Below are positions 1 through 9,939 of a stretch of DNA of 64,000 bases, piece by piece. Position 1 is the first letter of the stretch; each line of letters starts with the position of its first letter. The position numbers were made by a program, and so were the translations under genes. The stretch spans positions 32,001 through 96,000 of the forward strand of contig CAVQMM010000001.1 of NCBI GenBank assembly GCA_963713615.1, given 5' to 3'. This stretch comes from an uncultured Chlamydiae bacterium. GTDB lineage: Bacteria; Chlamydiota; Chlamydiia; Chlamydiales; JAJFMA01. The notes under the pieces were generated by a model, which saw only the letters and a list, made by a program, of their open reading frames with translations, did no database searches and was not told the origin of the DNA.

Positions 1-1
1 A

Positions 2-637
2 TTTTCCATTAAAGGAAGTATTCCAGATCCGGCGACATTCTGCGCAGATTTGCTCACTCAAGAACTCCAGAAAAGAGGAGTTGTCGTTGAAAAGGGAGTA
101 AGAGAGCCAAAAGGCGACAGGACTAGCTTTCATATCACTTATTCCCCAACGATCGCCGATATAGTGCATTGGATCAATCAAAAGAGTATCAATCTCTATG
201 CTGAACATCTTTTAAAAAAAATGGGAGAGGTTGTGCATAACGATGGGTCCACTGCTGCTGGTACTAAAGTTGTCACTGACTTCTGGAGTGCGCAAGAGCT
301 GGATCTTGGAGGATTTCATATGGCTGATGGGTCTGGTCTCTCCAGAAAAAACCTGGTGACGACACGACAACTCGTTGAAATACTATTAAAGATGAAGAAA
401 TCCCATTTCTTTCCCACTTTTTTTGAGTCTTTGCCTCAAAAGGAGGCTACGATGAGGGCAAAGTCCGGTTCTATGTCTTTGATCAAAGGATTTGCTGGAT
501 ATACCGATAAAATAGCCTTTGCAGTGTTGGTCAATCAATGTCCGGACCATCAAATCATGAACGACAAAATAGATACATTACTGCTAAATCTTCGTAAGGG
601 AATTTATCCCTCTGTGACAATTCCCGAAAATTCATAA
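2..637 (+). CDS. dacB: D-alanyl-D-alanine carboxypeptidase/endopeptidase (PBP4, peptidase S13), 5'-truncated by window edge
   Basis: Frame open from base 2; SxN motif (KSINLYAE), DGSGLSR and KSG (KTG-like) motif. Confidence 0.9.
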   Translation, partial: FSIKGSIPDPATFCADLLTQELQKRGVVVEKGVREPKGDRTSFHITYSPTIADIVHWINQKSINLYAEHLLKKMGEVVHNDGSTAAGTKVVTDFWSAQELDLGGFHMADGSGLSRKNLVTTRQLVEILLKMKKSHFFPTFFESLPQKEATMRAKSGSMSLIKGFAGYTDKIAFAVLVNQCPDHQIMNDKIDTLLLNLRKGIYPSVTIPENS

Positions 638-1308
638 GGACGGCCTTCTTTTATATTCAGCCAGATTTGCCAGGGGCACATAAGCGGCCAGTCTTCCCAC
701 TGCTCCAAATATTGGTTGTATTGATTGTCGGGAATCCAATGAAGCACACCCTGTTTACCCACGCGATCGGGAAATCGAATGCCGTTAAGATGGTCAACTT
801 CATGTTGAAAGATTTTAGCAGTAAAGCCTGAAAAAGTTTTATCGATGGGCCTTCCTTCACGATCAAGAGCGACCACATGGACTTTCTCGGATCTAGGAAT
901 TTTGCCATCTATATGATCATCTACAGAATAGCAGCCCTCGGGTCCCCAGGAAATTTCATCCGAATACCAAATGATTTGAGGATTGATAAAAGCGACCAAA
1001 TTTCCAAGATCTTTTCTATCGGTTTCCACACCAACATCGACGATGATAATGCGTTTCAATATTCCAATTTGAGGGGCTGCTAGCCCGAGTAATACACCAT
1101 AACCCAGATCAATCTGGTTACCTTTTGCAACGTCAAGCATCAGGTCGATGATGGACTGAATGTCTTGCGAAGGAATGTCTTCAACACAAACTTCAGCAGC
1201 CCGCATTGTTAATGAGGGATCGTGAGGGGGTGTGAATAGTGACATGGCAATGATTTCGTTAAATAAAAAGATTGAAGATAGGCAAAAATTAAAAAGCAGG
1301 GATTTCAT
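604..1308 (-). CDS. def: Peptide deformylase (start at 1308 or 1245)
   Basis: All three PDF motifs: GLAAPQIG, EGCYS, HEVDHLNG. Confidence 0.93.
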   Translation of the reverse strand: MKSLLFNFCLSSIFLFNEIIAMSLFTPPHDPSLTMRAAEVCVEDIPSQDIQSIIDLMLDVAKGNQIDLGYGVLLGLAAPQIGILKRIIIVDVGVETDRKDLGNLVAFINPQIIWYSDEISWGPEGCYSVDDHIDGKIPRSEKVHVVALDREGRPIDKTFSGFTAKIFQHEVDHLNGIRFPDRVGKQGVLHWIPDNQYNQYLEQWEDWPLMCPWQIWLNIKEGRPYEFSGIVTEG

Positions 1309-1514
1309 GATTCTGCAAAAGTTGTTCGCTATCACGGTGGCGTTTTCTCCGATTGTTATAAAATATAAATTAAATTTTTTCGATACAATAATCGGAGTAT
1401 TGTTTTAAGTCAATCCAGCGCCCAAATTCTCTACAAGAACTCAAAAAAACTGGTGTCAAACGGGATTGCACAGCACTATCATTTTTGACTAAACATTGTA
1501 TGTGGGGGGATGAT

Positions 1515-2306
1515 ATGGAACTCAATCTCAAAGGTAAAAAAGCCCTTGTGACCGGCAGTAGTAGTGGAATAGGTGAAGGAATCGCCAAGTGCTTAGCTAA
1601 AGAAGGCGTTTGTGTGATGGTTCAGGGAAGAAAAAAAGCGGAACTCCAGCGCGTTGTGCAAGAAATTAAGGCGGCCGGAGGCATTGCTCATTCGGTTCAG
1701 GGAGATCTCACGATTGATGATGATGCAAAACACGTTATTGAGAAAACACTGCAAACTTTTCAGCAACTAGATATCTTGGTTAATAACGCAGGGGCCTTTC
1801 CGAAAAGAGAATGGCTTCAGGGATCTCCTCAGGACTGGCTCGATCTGTTCAATGTGAACGTTGTGGCAATGGTACGAATGATTCAAGGGTTTCTTCCTCA
1901 AATGAAGAATCTGGGATGGGGACGAATTATTCAGATATCTAGTGTGGCGGGCACAAACCCCTCATCAACGCTGCCGGAGTATGGGGCCACAAAAGCGGCC
2001 AACATCAATATGACGATAAGTTTGGCCAAAGAACTTGGTCGTACGGGCATTACTGTCAACACCGTGTCACCAGGACCCATTGCGACAACAGGAGCAATAG
2101 ATTTATTTCGGCAAGTCGCTTTGGAAAAGAACTGGGGGACAGACTGGAAGGAGATCGAAAAGAAAGTTACACAGGAGCTTCTAACTAACATGGTAGGACG
2201 TTTTGGTACACCCGAGGAGGTCGGTAACCTAGTTACGTTTTTAGCTAGCCCAGCAGCTGATTTCATCACAGGAGCTAATTATCAGATCTCTGGGGGGCGC
2301 TTCTAG
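1515..2306 (+). CDS. SDR family oxidoreductase
   Basis: TGSSSGIG, NNAG, YGATK motifs; ATG at 1515 after G-rich RBS. Confidence 0.92.
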   Translation: MELNLKGKKALVTGSSSGIGEGIAKCLAKEGVCVMVQGRKKAELQRVVQEIKAAGGIAHSVQGDLTIDDDAKHVIEKTLQTFQQLDILVNNAGAFPKREWLQGSPQDWLDLFNVNVVAMVRMIQGFLPQMKNLGWGRIIQISSVAGTNPSSTLPEYGATKAANINMTISLAKELGRTGITVNTVSPGPIATTGAIDLFRQVALEKNWGTDWKEIEKKVTQELLTNMVGRFGTPEEVGNLVTFLASPAADFITGANYQISGGRF

Positions 2307-2737
2307 CAATAAATTGAGGCCTATTCTTCAAAGAGATCGATTTTATTAAGCCGATGCGCCTAACCCTCGCATAAGAAGAATTGAGGGCGCTTGGGAATCA
2401 CAATCCTTGCGATCAGTCGCTCTTGGATGGATTAGAGGACATAAAAGACATAAAGGACTTGTAGAACAGTTCCCGCTCAGTCCTTTATCTGGACTTTGCA
2501 CATTTTTTCAAGCCCAAGTGCAAGCGTAGAATTTTCTTTTTGGATGTGCAGCCAAGCAGGCACGTCAAAATGCTGGTAAATTGCTAGACCTGGAAGTCAC
2601 TTATTGCGATATTGAAGCAAATGATGGTTCTAGACTGTGCGGATGCCGAGCATGCTCGATTAACTCCTATGAGGGTGGACATGAAATATAGAAAGATACA
2701 ACTCAGGTCCAAAGGCATTGGGAGTGAGTTTTAAATC

Positions 2738-3439
2738 ATGCAGGGATCGGCATTCCTATCCCTGCTTATTTTGGTAGCCATCCATCTGTTCGCCAATCAG
2801 AGCAAGGTGCTGGGGTGGATGTGGCATGGCCGATTTCTTTCCTTGGCAGCAGGTATCTCACTTGCCTATGTTTTTGTGGAGCTGCTTCCCACGCTGGAAA
2901 AAGGACAACCCTTCTTAAGGCAATCCATGGAAGGTGTTGTTCCTTACTTAGACCGCCATGCCTACCTGATAGCGCTTCTCGGGCTATTGTTTTTCTATGG
3001 TCTTGAGACGGGTACTGCGGAAGGTAGCAAGTCTGGCTTTTGGCTATCTATGGCGGGATATGTGCTGTTTAATTTTTTTGTCGGGGCCAGCTTGTCAGAC
3101 AGTTCCAATCCGGACATCCAGCCGATAGCGCTCTTTACTTGTGCGATGGGCATGCACTATTTTGTGCGGGACCACAATGCAGAGGAGGCCAATGTGGGCT
3201 TATATGAACAACGAGCGCGGTGGCTACTTGTAGGAGCACTTTTTTTGGGTTATGGGGTAGGGCGCATTCTTCATATCCCTGATGCCATTGTTGCCGCTTG
3301 TGTCTCTTTTGTGGGGGGAGGGGTGATTCTCAACGTGTTACATTATGAGCTACCTAAGCGCGAAAAAGTAGGCTATTGCTTTTTTGCCCTTGGAGCTCTC
3401 GTTTATGCAGCGGTTTCTCTGAGGGTTGGGGCACCTTAG
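2738..3439 (+). CDS. Multi-pass membrane protein, possibly ZIP-like metal transporter
   Basis: About 7 hydrophobic segments; FVELLP and HYELP motifs resemble ZIP transporters. Confidence 0.6.
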   Translation: MQGSAFLSLLILVAIHLFANQSKVLGWMWHGRFLSLAAGISLAYVFVELLPTLEKGQPFLRQSMEGVVPYLDRHAYLIALLGLLFFYGLETGTAEGSKSGFWLSMAGYVLFNFFVGASLSDSSNPDIQPIALFTCAMGMHYFVRDHNAEEANVGLYEQRARWLLVGALFLGYGVGRILHIPDAIVAACVSFVGGGVILNVLHYELPKREKVGYCFFALGALVYAAVSLRVGAP

Positions 3440-3563
3440 AGCTATCTTGGGAGAACATCTTCCGGCTCATCCATAGGTCCAAGAGTTATGTGAACATCAT
3501 TTGCACAAAAAATTGGTGGGTTGATACAGTGTTTGACTGGACTGCAAGTATGAGAGGAAAGAA

Positions 3564-3968
3564 ATGAAATTATCCGTTAATTATTGGGCCGTATTGGTGT
3601 GTGCGATTGTGAACATGCTGATCGGGATGTTTTGGTATTCACCCATGGCTTTTGGGGATGTATGGGCTAAGGCTGGCAGTTTTCCCATCGATCAGTTGGC
3701 TCCCACGCCATGGCACTTTTTGGGCGCGGCGATCGTCTCTCTAGTGATTGCTTGGGCATTGGCACAGGTTTTGGTGCGTGCTGAAGTAAAGGGTATAGGC
3801 GAAGGTATCGTTTTGGGCCTTATTATTTGGTTTGGTTTTATCGCAACAACGCATTTTTCAAGTGTCATCTGGGCTGGGAAACCCTTTCCCATTTTTCTGA
3901 TCGATACGGGTTGTTTATTGGCTTATATGGTTGTGGATAGCTCTATCCTATCCCTTTGGCGAAAATAA
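3564..3968 (+). CDS. DUF1761-type membrane protein
   Basis: NYWAVLV...GMFWYSPMAFG.W signature, 4 TM. Confidence 0.8.
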   Translation: MKLSVNYWAVLVCAIVNMLIGMFWYSPMAFGDVWAKAGSFPIDQLAPTPWHFLGAAIVSLVIAWALAQVLVRAEVKGIGEGIVLGLIIWFGFIATTHFSSVIWAGKPFPIFLIDTGCLLAYMVVDSSILSLWRK

Positions 3969-3977
3969 TTCATCTGA

Positions 3978-4002
3978 GGATTGGGGCCATCGGCCCCAAT
4001 CC
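3978..4002. terminator. Hairpin terminator between convergent genes
   Basis: GGATTGGGGCC-ATC-GGCCCCAATCC, perfect 11-bp stem. Confidence 0.7.
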
Positions 4003-4012
4003 ATATTTAGGG

Positions 4013-4996
4013 CTATCGAGCGCCGCTGAGAGCCGGTTGGCCCAAGAAGGCTCCCTTCAGTGTGGCGCAAGCCAGTGCGATGGCACTTTTTGCGGCTGGA
4101 GTATCTGCAAGGGCGTTAAGTAATACAAAATCATGGTATGTGCCTAGATAGCGCACTGCTGTGACTTTAACCCCTGCTTCTATGAGTTTATGCGCAAACG
4201 CCTCACCCTCATCGCGTAGAACATCATTTTCATCGGTGATGACCAAGGCTGGTGGCAATCCTTTAAGTTGTTCAAGGGATGCTTGTAAAGGGGATATAAG
4301 GTAATTTTTGCGGGCTTCAGGATTGCTCTCATAGGCATTCCAAAACCATTCCATGGCGGGTTTTGTAAGCCAAGGGCCTTCTGCAAACTGTTTGTAGGAT
4401 GGTGTATTGAAGTTCGCATCTGTCACAGGATAGAATAGGACCTGTTGGCTAATTTTTGGTCCACCTCTTTCCTTGGCCAATATTGTGACGACAGTGGCCA
4501 TATTGCCACCTACACTATCTCCTACAACGGCTATTTTTGAGCTATCGAGGTTAAAGTTCTCGCCGTGCGATGCTAGGTAGGCTGTGGCTGCATAAGCCTG
4601 CTCAATAGCCACAGGGAATTTGGCTTCAGGTGAAGGCGTAAAGTTGACGAAAACGACTGCGGCATTTGCCCCAATGGCTAAGTCTCGAACTAAACGGTCA
4701 TGCGTTTCTTTGTTGCCGAGGATCCATCCGCCACCGTGAAAGAACATGATGACTGGAAGGGTGCTTTGAGAGCCTTCAGGCCTAATAATGCGGATGGAGA
4801 TATCGCCCTTAGGAGTAGTGATTGTTTTGTCTTCAGAATCAACAGGAGGCTTATCTCCATTGCTTTGCAAGGAGTCTAGCACTTTGCGAGCCTCTTCGAT
4901 AGGTAGTTGGTAAAGGGGCTTACCGCCTTTGGCCACTAATCCCTCGATATATTTTCGTGTTTTTGGTTCTAGATAGTCGAAATTTGCCATACTCAC
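4013..4996 (-). CDS. Alpha/beta hydrolase, HSL-family esterase/lipase
   Basis: HGGGW, GDSVGG, DVLRDEG, HDF motifs. Confidence 0.93.
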   Translation of the reverse strand: MSMANFDYLEPKTRKYIEGLVAKGGKPLYQLPIEEARKVLDSLQSNGDKPPVDSEDKTITTPKGDISIRIIRPEGSQSTLPVIMFFHGGGWILGNKETHDRLVRDLAIGANAAVVFVNFTPSPEAKFPVAIEQAYAATAYLASHGENFNLDSSKIAVVGDSVGGNMATVVTILAKERGGPKISQQVLFYPVTDANFNTPSYKQFAEGPWLTKPAMEWFWNAYESNPEARKNYLISPLQASLEQLKGLPPALVITDENDVLRDEGEAFAHKLIEAGVKVTAVRYLGTYHDFVLLNALADTPAAKSAIALACATLKGAFLGQPALSGAR

Positions 4997-5224
4997 TCTC
5001 CTTAGGCTTTCTAAGATTTAGAAGAGGTCTGCACGATTCCTCAATATAGGAATATTCTGTTACTTCATTATTTGCAACCCACCCGCGCGTGGTATATTAG
5101 CGGACGTTGACCTCCTGTTTTTGATAGCAGTTTGCAATGAATCAGTCTAAATTCCAAATTAAGGCCCAAATTAATGACCGCGTGTTGTGTGGTTCTGCGA
5201 AGGACGTCAATAGAGGAGAATACG

Positions 5225-5479
5225 ATGGCCAAGTTGAAGCTCGATTTACATGACATTTTTAATAGCGGAGCGGCCATCGAAAAGGAGCTGAATCGCGTCG
5301 TTCATGAGGCTGTAGAAAAGAAAATTGCACTTGTGGAGATTATACCCGGTAAGGGCAGCGGACAGCTAAAGAAGAAGGTTCTGCGCTTCCTACAGCAGGA
5401 AAACATTAAATGCCTGTATCATCGCGTAGAAAAAGACAGCAAGAATTTCGGTAGAATTTTCATTCATTTTAAACACTAA
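5225..5479 (+). CDS. Stand-alone Smr/MutS2 C-terminal domain protein
   Basis: KLDLH, IIPGKGSGQLK, NFG motifs; GAGGAG RBS before ATG 5225. Confidence 0.85.
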   Translation: MAKLKLDLHDIFNSGAAIEKELNRVVHEAVEKKIALVEIIPGKGSGQLKKKVLRFLQQENIKCLYHRVEKDSKNFGRIFIHFKH

Positions 5480-5506
5480 TAGAAATTTACGATCAATAAA
5501 GATTGT

Positions 5507-6016
5507 CTAAACATTTTTGAGTAGTGTAGCGGCCCGTTTGTAGGGTGAGACAGTATTCACGGTGATCCATTTTTGGAGTGGCCATTGCTTGCCGGAAGGT
5601 AAAGTACACCAAGGCCACACACCAGTTTGGTATAGGTCGCCCGTCTGGTGTTCCTGTTCCACAATGGCGATAATGTCATTCACTATAAGACTAAAGGTCT
5701 GTAGCTGTTCCTGGAAGCTCTTGAGGTTGTACTTCTGATAGAAGTGCCTAGCCAATCCTACGTAGTCCCATTTTGTGAAACCTTCACCAGGTATTTGTGG
5801 GTTCTTCCCTTGGAGGCCAGCCTGGTACCATTGGATTAATAATGTACCCCAACCGATTTGATAGGCCAGTAGATCTCTCACACTGATCTTGCCGCCAGTG
5901 CCATCCATTCCTTTTATGTCTTGGAGTTGCTTGGGGATTTTGTCTGCAAGTTCTAGCAACCGGCTATATGCGGTATAAATGGCGTGGCTTAATGGAGTCG
6001 TTACCGTAGCGATCAT
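5507..6016 (-). CDS. ClbS/DfsB (DUF1706) four-helix bundle protein
   Basis: SVRDLLAYQIGW..L..WY and WITVNTVSPY signatures. Confidence 0.8.
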   Translation of the reverse strand: MIATVTTPLSHAIYTAYSRLLELADKIPKQLQDIKGMDGTGGKISVRDLLAYQIGWGTLLIQWYQAGLQGKNPQIPGEGFTKWDYVGLARHFYQKYNLKSFQEQLQTFSLIVNDIIAIVEQEHQTGDLYQTGVWPWCTLPSGKQWPLQKWITVNTVSPYKRAATLLKNV

Positions 6017-6047
6017 AGGACCTTGTTGTGGTCTATTATGAGGAATG

Positions 6048-6207
6048 GGCCTTATTCACCTTTGCGGTCAGTTTTCGGTCGACTGCAAAAGGATCGCCTG
6101 TCGCGTTTTGCTCCTCGGACATAGCTGGCGCTATGCCCTCGTCACAAACCACGACATCCGACCTTTTTCGTCCGACCGAAATTCTGACCGTAAAGGTGAA
6201 CAAGGCC
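6048..6207. mobile_element. 160-bp palindromic MITE, family B, copy 1
   Basis: GGCC-ended imperfect inverted repeat; 8-bp direct repeat GAGGAATG at 6040-6047 and 6208-6215; near-identical copy at 42230-42389. Confidence 0.9.
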
Positions 6208-6350
6208 GAGGAATGCATTTTAGCACATTTCCATTTTTTGTGAAGAAAGGGTCTGTACCAAAAAGATCATTTACATTCTTGAAACTTCCAATCAATGGCT
6301 GAGTAGTGTATAAGGTAAGGCCACCGCCTAACATAGGAGCGTTGAGGTCT

Positions 6351-6839
6351 ATGAACAAGAAGGTTTATAAGGCTCTAAACGAGCAAATCAAACATGAGCT
6401 CTACTCGTCGTTTATTTACTTGTCGATGGCTTCTTACTTTGAAAATATCCCTCTAGAGGGATTTGCTAAGTGGTTTCGCAAGCAGGCTGCTGAAGAGCAT
6501 GAACATGCGATGAAGATATATACTTATCTTCTGGATCGTAATGTCGAGGTTGATCTGCAAGCAATCGACAAACCACCAAATAAGTTCCACTCTATTCAAG
6601 AGATCATGGAAATGGCCCTTGAGCATGAAAAAAAGGTGACCCATTGGATTCATCAAATTTATGACTTGGCCATTGAAGAAAAAGACCATGGCACACACGT
6701 GTTTTTGCAGTGGTTTATTACTGAACAAGTGGAAGAAGAGAAGAACGCTCAAGATAATCTCGATCAGGTTGTATTGATCGGTGATGACAAGGCAGCTCTT
6801 TTTGTGCTGGATCAGAATTTTGCTAAGAAGGCTGGATAG
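6351..6839 (+). CDS. ftnA: Non-heme ferritin
   Basis: LNEQIKHELYSS, EEHEHA, FLQWFITEQVEEE ferroxidase motifs. Confidence 0.93.
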   Translation: MNKKVYKALNEQIKHELYSSFIYLSMASYFENIPLEGFAKWFRKQAAEEHEHAMKIYTYLLDRNVEVDLQAIDKPPNKFHSIQEIMEMALEHEKKVTHWIHQIYDLAIEEKDHGTHVFLQWFITEQVEEEKNAQDNLDQVVLIGDDKAALFVLDQNFAKKAG

Positions 6840-6875
6840 ATCTTTCTTGCCTTATGGTTCAGTATGGTATGGGTT

Positions 6876-6906
6876 AGCACTGCAACGCTGTGTGTGTGGC
6901 AGTGCT
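6876..6906. terminator. Possible terminator hairpin between convergent ftnA and mscL
   Basis: AGCACTGC...GCAGTGCT 8-bp stem. Confidence 0.45.
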
Positions 6907-6923
6907 GCCTAATTATTCTTCGT

Positions 6924-7349
6924 TTACCCTTTTATTTCCGTGCCGCAATGGCCGCAGCGCTTGGCGTGCACGGGTATTGTCATTAGACACTCAGGGCAGT
7001 CACGTGTTGTCGGTTCGACTGCATCGGTCCCACGCATCTTAGTCAGGTGGTTCATTCCTTTAACGACTAAGAAGATAACCCAGGCGACGATCATAAAATC
7101 AATGACTGTATTTAGGAATGCCCCATATTTGATAGCGACGGCGGGAGCAGTAGTTGTGGCCTGCTTTAAGGTGAGTGAGAGACTACTAAAATCCATGCCA
7201 CCTAAGAGATACCCAATAGGAGGCATCAGAACGTCATTGACCAATGAACTGACGATCTTGCCAAAAGAGGCACCTATAATCACGCCAATCGCTAGATCAA
7301 CCACACTGCCACGCATGGCAAATGTCTTAAATTCCTGCAGAATGGACAT
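6924..7349 (-). CDS. mscL: Large-conductance mechanosensitive channel with C-terminal CxxC...CxxC zinc ribbon
   Basis: EFKTFAMRGSVVDLAIGVIIG, YGAFL; CPEC...CGHC tail. Confidence 0.95.
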   Translation of the reverse strand: MSILQEFKTFAMRGSVVDLAIGVIIGASFGKIVSSLVNDVLMPPIGYLLGGMDFSSLSLTLKQATTTAPAVAIKYGAFLNTVIDFMIVAWVIFLVVKGMNHLTKMRGTDAVEPTTRDCPECLMTIPVHAKRCGHCGTEIKG

Positions 7350-7374
7350 GGGGTTCCTCCGGTTAGGTTAAGGA

Positions 7375-7404
7375 AATCCCATCCAGCATATACTGGATGG
7401 GATT
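7375..7404 (-). terminator. Hairpin downstream of ester cyclase gene
   Basis: AATCCCATCCAG-N6-CTGGATGGGATT perfect 12-bp stem. Confidence 0.6.
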
Positions 7405-7433
7405 CTTGAAATATACCGCGTGTGGTATAACGA

Positions 7434-7877
7434 CTAACCGTGAAGAGCAGCTACGTGTTCTTCGATGGCGCCAAGTTGCTCCAGTAGGGAAAGACGATCC
7501 CAGCATTGATGGATTTCAGTAATTTTATTATTTTTGCAGGAATAGATATCAACACCGGTCACCTTGCTGAAGGGTTTGCCACTTGAGGGCAGACCTGGTA
7601 GGTCACCTTTCTGCGTTCCCTGCGCAGTCCAACGAACAACCACTCGGTCATTGTCGGCTGTGAAGATGTCGTCGATTTTGACTGTATTTTTAGGGAATGC
7701 AGTTGCGTATTGTTTTTCTACCTGTTTGAAGGTGGTAAAGTTTGCCTTACCTTGGGGAAGAGCGGAGTCGAAAACCTTTACATCAGGAGAAATGAACTGG
7801 TCGAGAGCGGCAGTATTGCCATTGTTGTACACTTCTTCGAACAATTTTTTCACTAACGTGATATTTTGAGTGCTCAT
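7434..7877 (-). CDS. SnoaL-like ester cyclase (NTF2 fold)
   Basis: AFP...DRVVVRWTAQGTQKG.L.G.PSSGK, WDRLSLLEQLG. Confidence 0.88.
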   Translation of the reverse strand: MSTQNITLVKKLFEEVYNNGNTAALDQFISPDVKVFDSALPQGKANFTTFKQVEKQYATAFPKNTVKIDDIFTADNDRVVVRWTAQGTQKGDLPGLPSSGKPFSKVTGVDIYSCKNNKITEIHQCWDRLSLLEQLGAIEEHVAALHG

Positions 7878-8067
7878 CAGAACCTCCTAATCATTTTAGT
7901 TAGAACAGATGACAGAGTAGGGCAGCTTGCGAAAGTGAGGTGAAAACGGACAAACATCGGTTTGTCTAGCGTAGCATAGATAAATTGAATAACCCGTCAT
8001 CGAGTTCTACATATTGAATACTGGCGCTTTCTTGTCAAACTTATGCATCCAAAAAAGGAAAGGAAAA

Positions 8068-8982
8068 ATGTCGTATAGGTATACCACAGTATATTGTCTC
8101 TTACGTCTTTTATTCATTGTTTCTATGTCATTTACATCACTAGACGCATCCCAGGTGGTCTTGGTAACCGGAGCATCACGAGGCATTGGCCTAGCTATTG
8201 CCAAGCAGCTTGCCGCAGCTGGCTACACCGTATATGCCGGGTATCGTGCGGTTTCCGCTATGGACGAGCTTTGTGACCTGCAGCAGAGATTTCCCGATCA
8301 TTTAAAGCTGGTAACGCTTGATGTAACCGACCAGAACACGACTGACCAGGCAATCGCCGAGATCATTGCCAACGATGGGCATATTGATGTGTTGGTCAAT
8401 AATGCCGGGATAGGAATAAGTGGATCTGTGGAAAACATCACCATTGCTGAAGGACAGGCGATCTTTGACGTCAATTTCTTTGGTGCTATTCGTGTTACTC
8501 AGGCCGTTTTACCCTATATGCGGAAACAGGAAGGTGGTCGCATTATCCAGATTAGTTCCCGTAGCGGCTTTCGCCCAGTTCCATGGCTAAGTGTGTATGC
8601 CGCCAGCAAGTTTGCTTTAGAAGGTTTATCTGAAACCATGGCTGCGACTTTAAAACCATGGAATATTCATGTTTCTGTCATAGAACCAGGCGGTGTGACC
8701 ACGGATCTTGAACATGAACTGACGTATGGTTCCCGACTTCTCGCATGTGAAGATCCTTATATAGAGATTTTTACTAGGGGTGGTTGGGCAAACACGTTCA
8801 ATAATGCCCAACCAGCAAGTGTCATTGCAGCAATCGTCCAAGAGGTCGTCGAAGCAGAGATGCCCCTCTTTCGCTATCAGACATCGCCTCAAATTCGAGA
8901 TCAGGCAGCTCAGCGATTAGTTGATGTAACCGGCAGATCATCGATCGAGGAGTGGCATCAGATACTATTTGGTAGCGATTGA
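8068..8982 (+). CDS. SDR family oxidoreductase with hydrophobic N-terminal leader (start uncertain)
   Basis: TGASRGIG, NNAG, YAASK, IEPG motifs. Confidence 0.88.
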   Translation: MSYRYTTVYCLLRLLFIVSMSFTSLDASQVVLVTGASRGIGLAIAKQLAAAGYTVYAGYRAVSAMDELCDLQQRFPDHLKLVTLDVTDQNTTDQAIAEIIANDGHIDVLVNNAGIGISGSVENITIAEGQAIFDVNFFGAIRVTQAVLPYMRKQEGGRIIQISSRSGFRPVPWLSVYAASKFALEGLSETMAATLKPWNIHVSVIEPGGVTTDLEHELTYGSRLLACEDPYIEIFTRGGWANTFNNAQPASVIAAIVQEVVEAEMPLFRYQTSPQIRDQAAQRLVDVTGRSSIEEWHQILFGSD

Positions 8983-8983
8983 A

Positions 8984-9041
8984 AAAAAAAGATGACCTCC
9001 TATACCACGCACGCGTGGTATAGTGAAGAGGTCATCTTTTT
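8984..9041. terminator. Bidirectional terminator containing a small palindromic insertion
   Basis: A-run-GATGACCTC...GAGGTCATC-T-run; paralogous copy at 9984-10019. Confidence 0.75.
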
Positions 9042-9059
9042 AGAATCTAGTGCTTAAAG

Positions 9060-9803
9060 CTATGCGTATTGTTTAGCCTGTTGTTTTTTGAAGGCAAAGG
9101 CTCCGATGAGTAAGAAACTGCATAACATTATGTAAGTGCCTGGTTCAGGTGCGGTAACTCCTACGAGAGTTTGAACAACATGACCTGGAGAGTTACCGGA
9201 GTTGATCAGCAAGCGCCATTTTCCAAAGGAAGTATTGTATGTGTTGCTTGTCACGGCATTATTAGCAATCCCTAGAAAGTTAAGAGCGTCGGTTAGAGTC
9301 TGTCCAGTGACTCCTGGCGCTGAGAACACATTTGCTGCAGTTCCCAAAGTATTTGTGGGATGATTGGTGTTGGTCCAGTTATAGACAATACTCCAAACTG
9401 CCAACTGCAGCCCAGCATATTTGGCAGTGTCGTTGCCAAAAGAGGAAATATTTGCATTATTCAAGAGAGAGGTAGCTACTGATAAATTAAAAGGAGATGA
9501 GAGACCAAGGTATGCCGGTAGACCGGAAGTTTTGGGATTAACCATATTTACTGAATAGTTGCCAGGTACGAAGATTTCATCTCGCAAGTCTACGCAGAAG
9601 AAAAACTCAGTTGACCCTCCATTTAATGTTCCTGTGGTGGCTCCTGTGTAAGCGCTTTCCGAACTACCATTAAAGGTAATTGGTTCCGGAGTAATAAATG
9701 TGGAATTAATTCCATTCACATTCATTGGTACAGCAGCAAATGACGAAATTGTCATTAAAGCTGATACCGCTACGGTCCATATACTTATTTTATTTGTTTT
9801 CAT
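9060..9803 (-). CDS. PEP-CTERM surface protein with putative thioester domain, paralog 1
   Basis: Signal peptide; FCVD and LQLAVW motifs; C-terminal APEPGTY, TM helix and basic tail; AGGAGG RBS. Confidence 0.85.
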   Translation of the reverse strand: MKTNKISIWTVAVSALMTISSFAAVPMNVNGINSTFITPEPITFNGSSESAYTGATTGTLNGGSTEFFFCVDLRDEIFVPGNYSVNMVNPKTSGLPAYLGLSSPFNLSVATSLLNNANISSFGNDTAKYAGLQLAVWSIVYNWTNTNHPTNTLGTAANVFSAPGVTGQTLTDALNFLGIANNAVTSNTYNTSFGKWRLLINSGNSPGHVVQTLVGVTAPEPGTYIMLCSFLLIGAFAFKKQQAKQYA

Positions 9804-9874
9804 CAATGACCTCCTGTTCACTTCGACGATAGATACAGGAGCGCATGGATCGTCATTCCTATGCCATATCTATT

Positions 9875-9890
9875 AGCAAGTTCTATGCCA
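9875..9890 (-). promoter_or_regulatory. Sigma-54 (-24/-12) promoter
   Basis: Minus strand TGGCAT-AGAAC-TTGCT fits TGGCAC-N5-TTGCW; conserved upstream of paralog 2. Confidence 0.75.
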
Positions 9891-9939
9891 TATTTACCAT
9901 TAGCAAGTCCTATTTGCCTTTCAGACCCAAGTAACTCAA

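Noticed and set aside
2436..2496. GGACATAAAAGACATAAAGGAC...GTCCTTTAT degenerate repeat
   Set aside because: Single short decayed copy; cannot define an element
6028..6358. Four short overlapping ORFs between the ClbS-like gene and ferritin
   Set aside because: Explained by the open frames of MITE B
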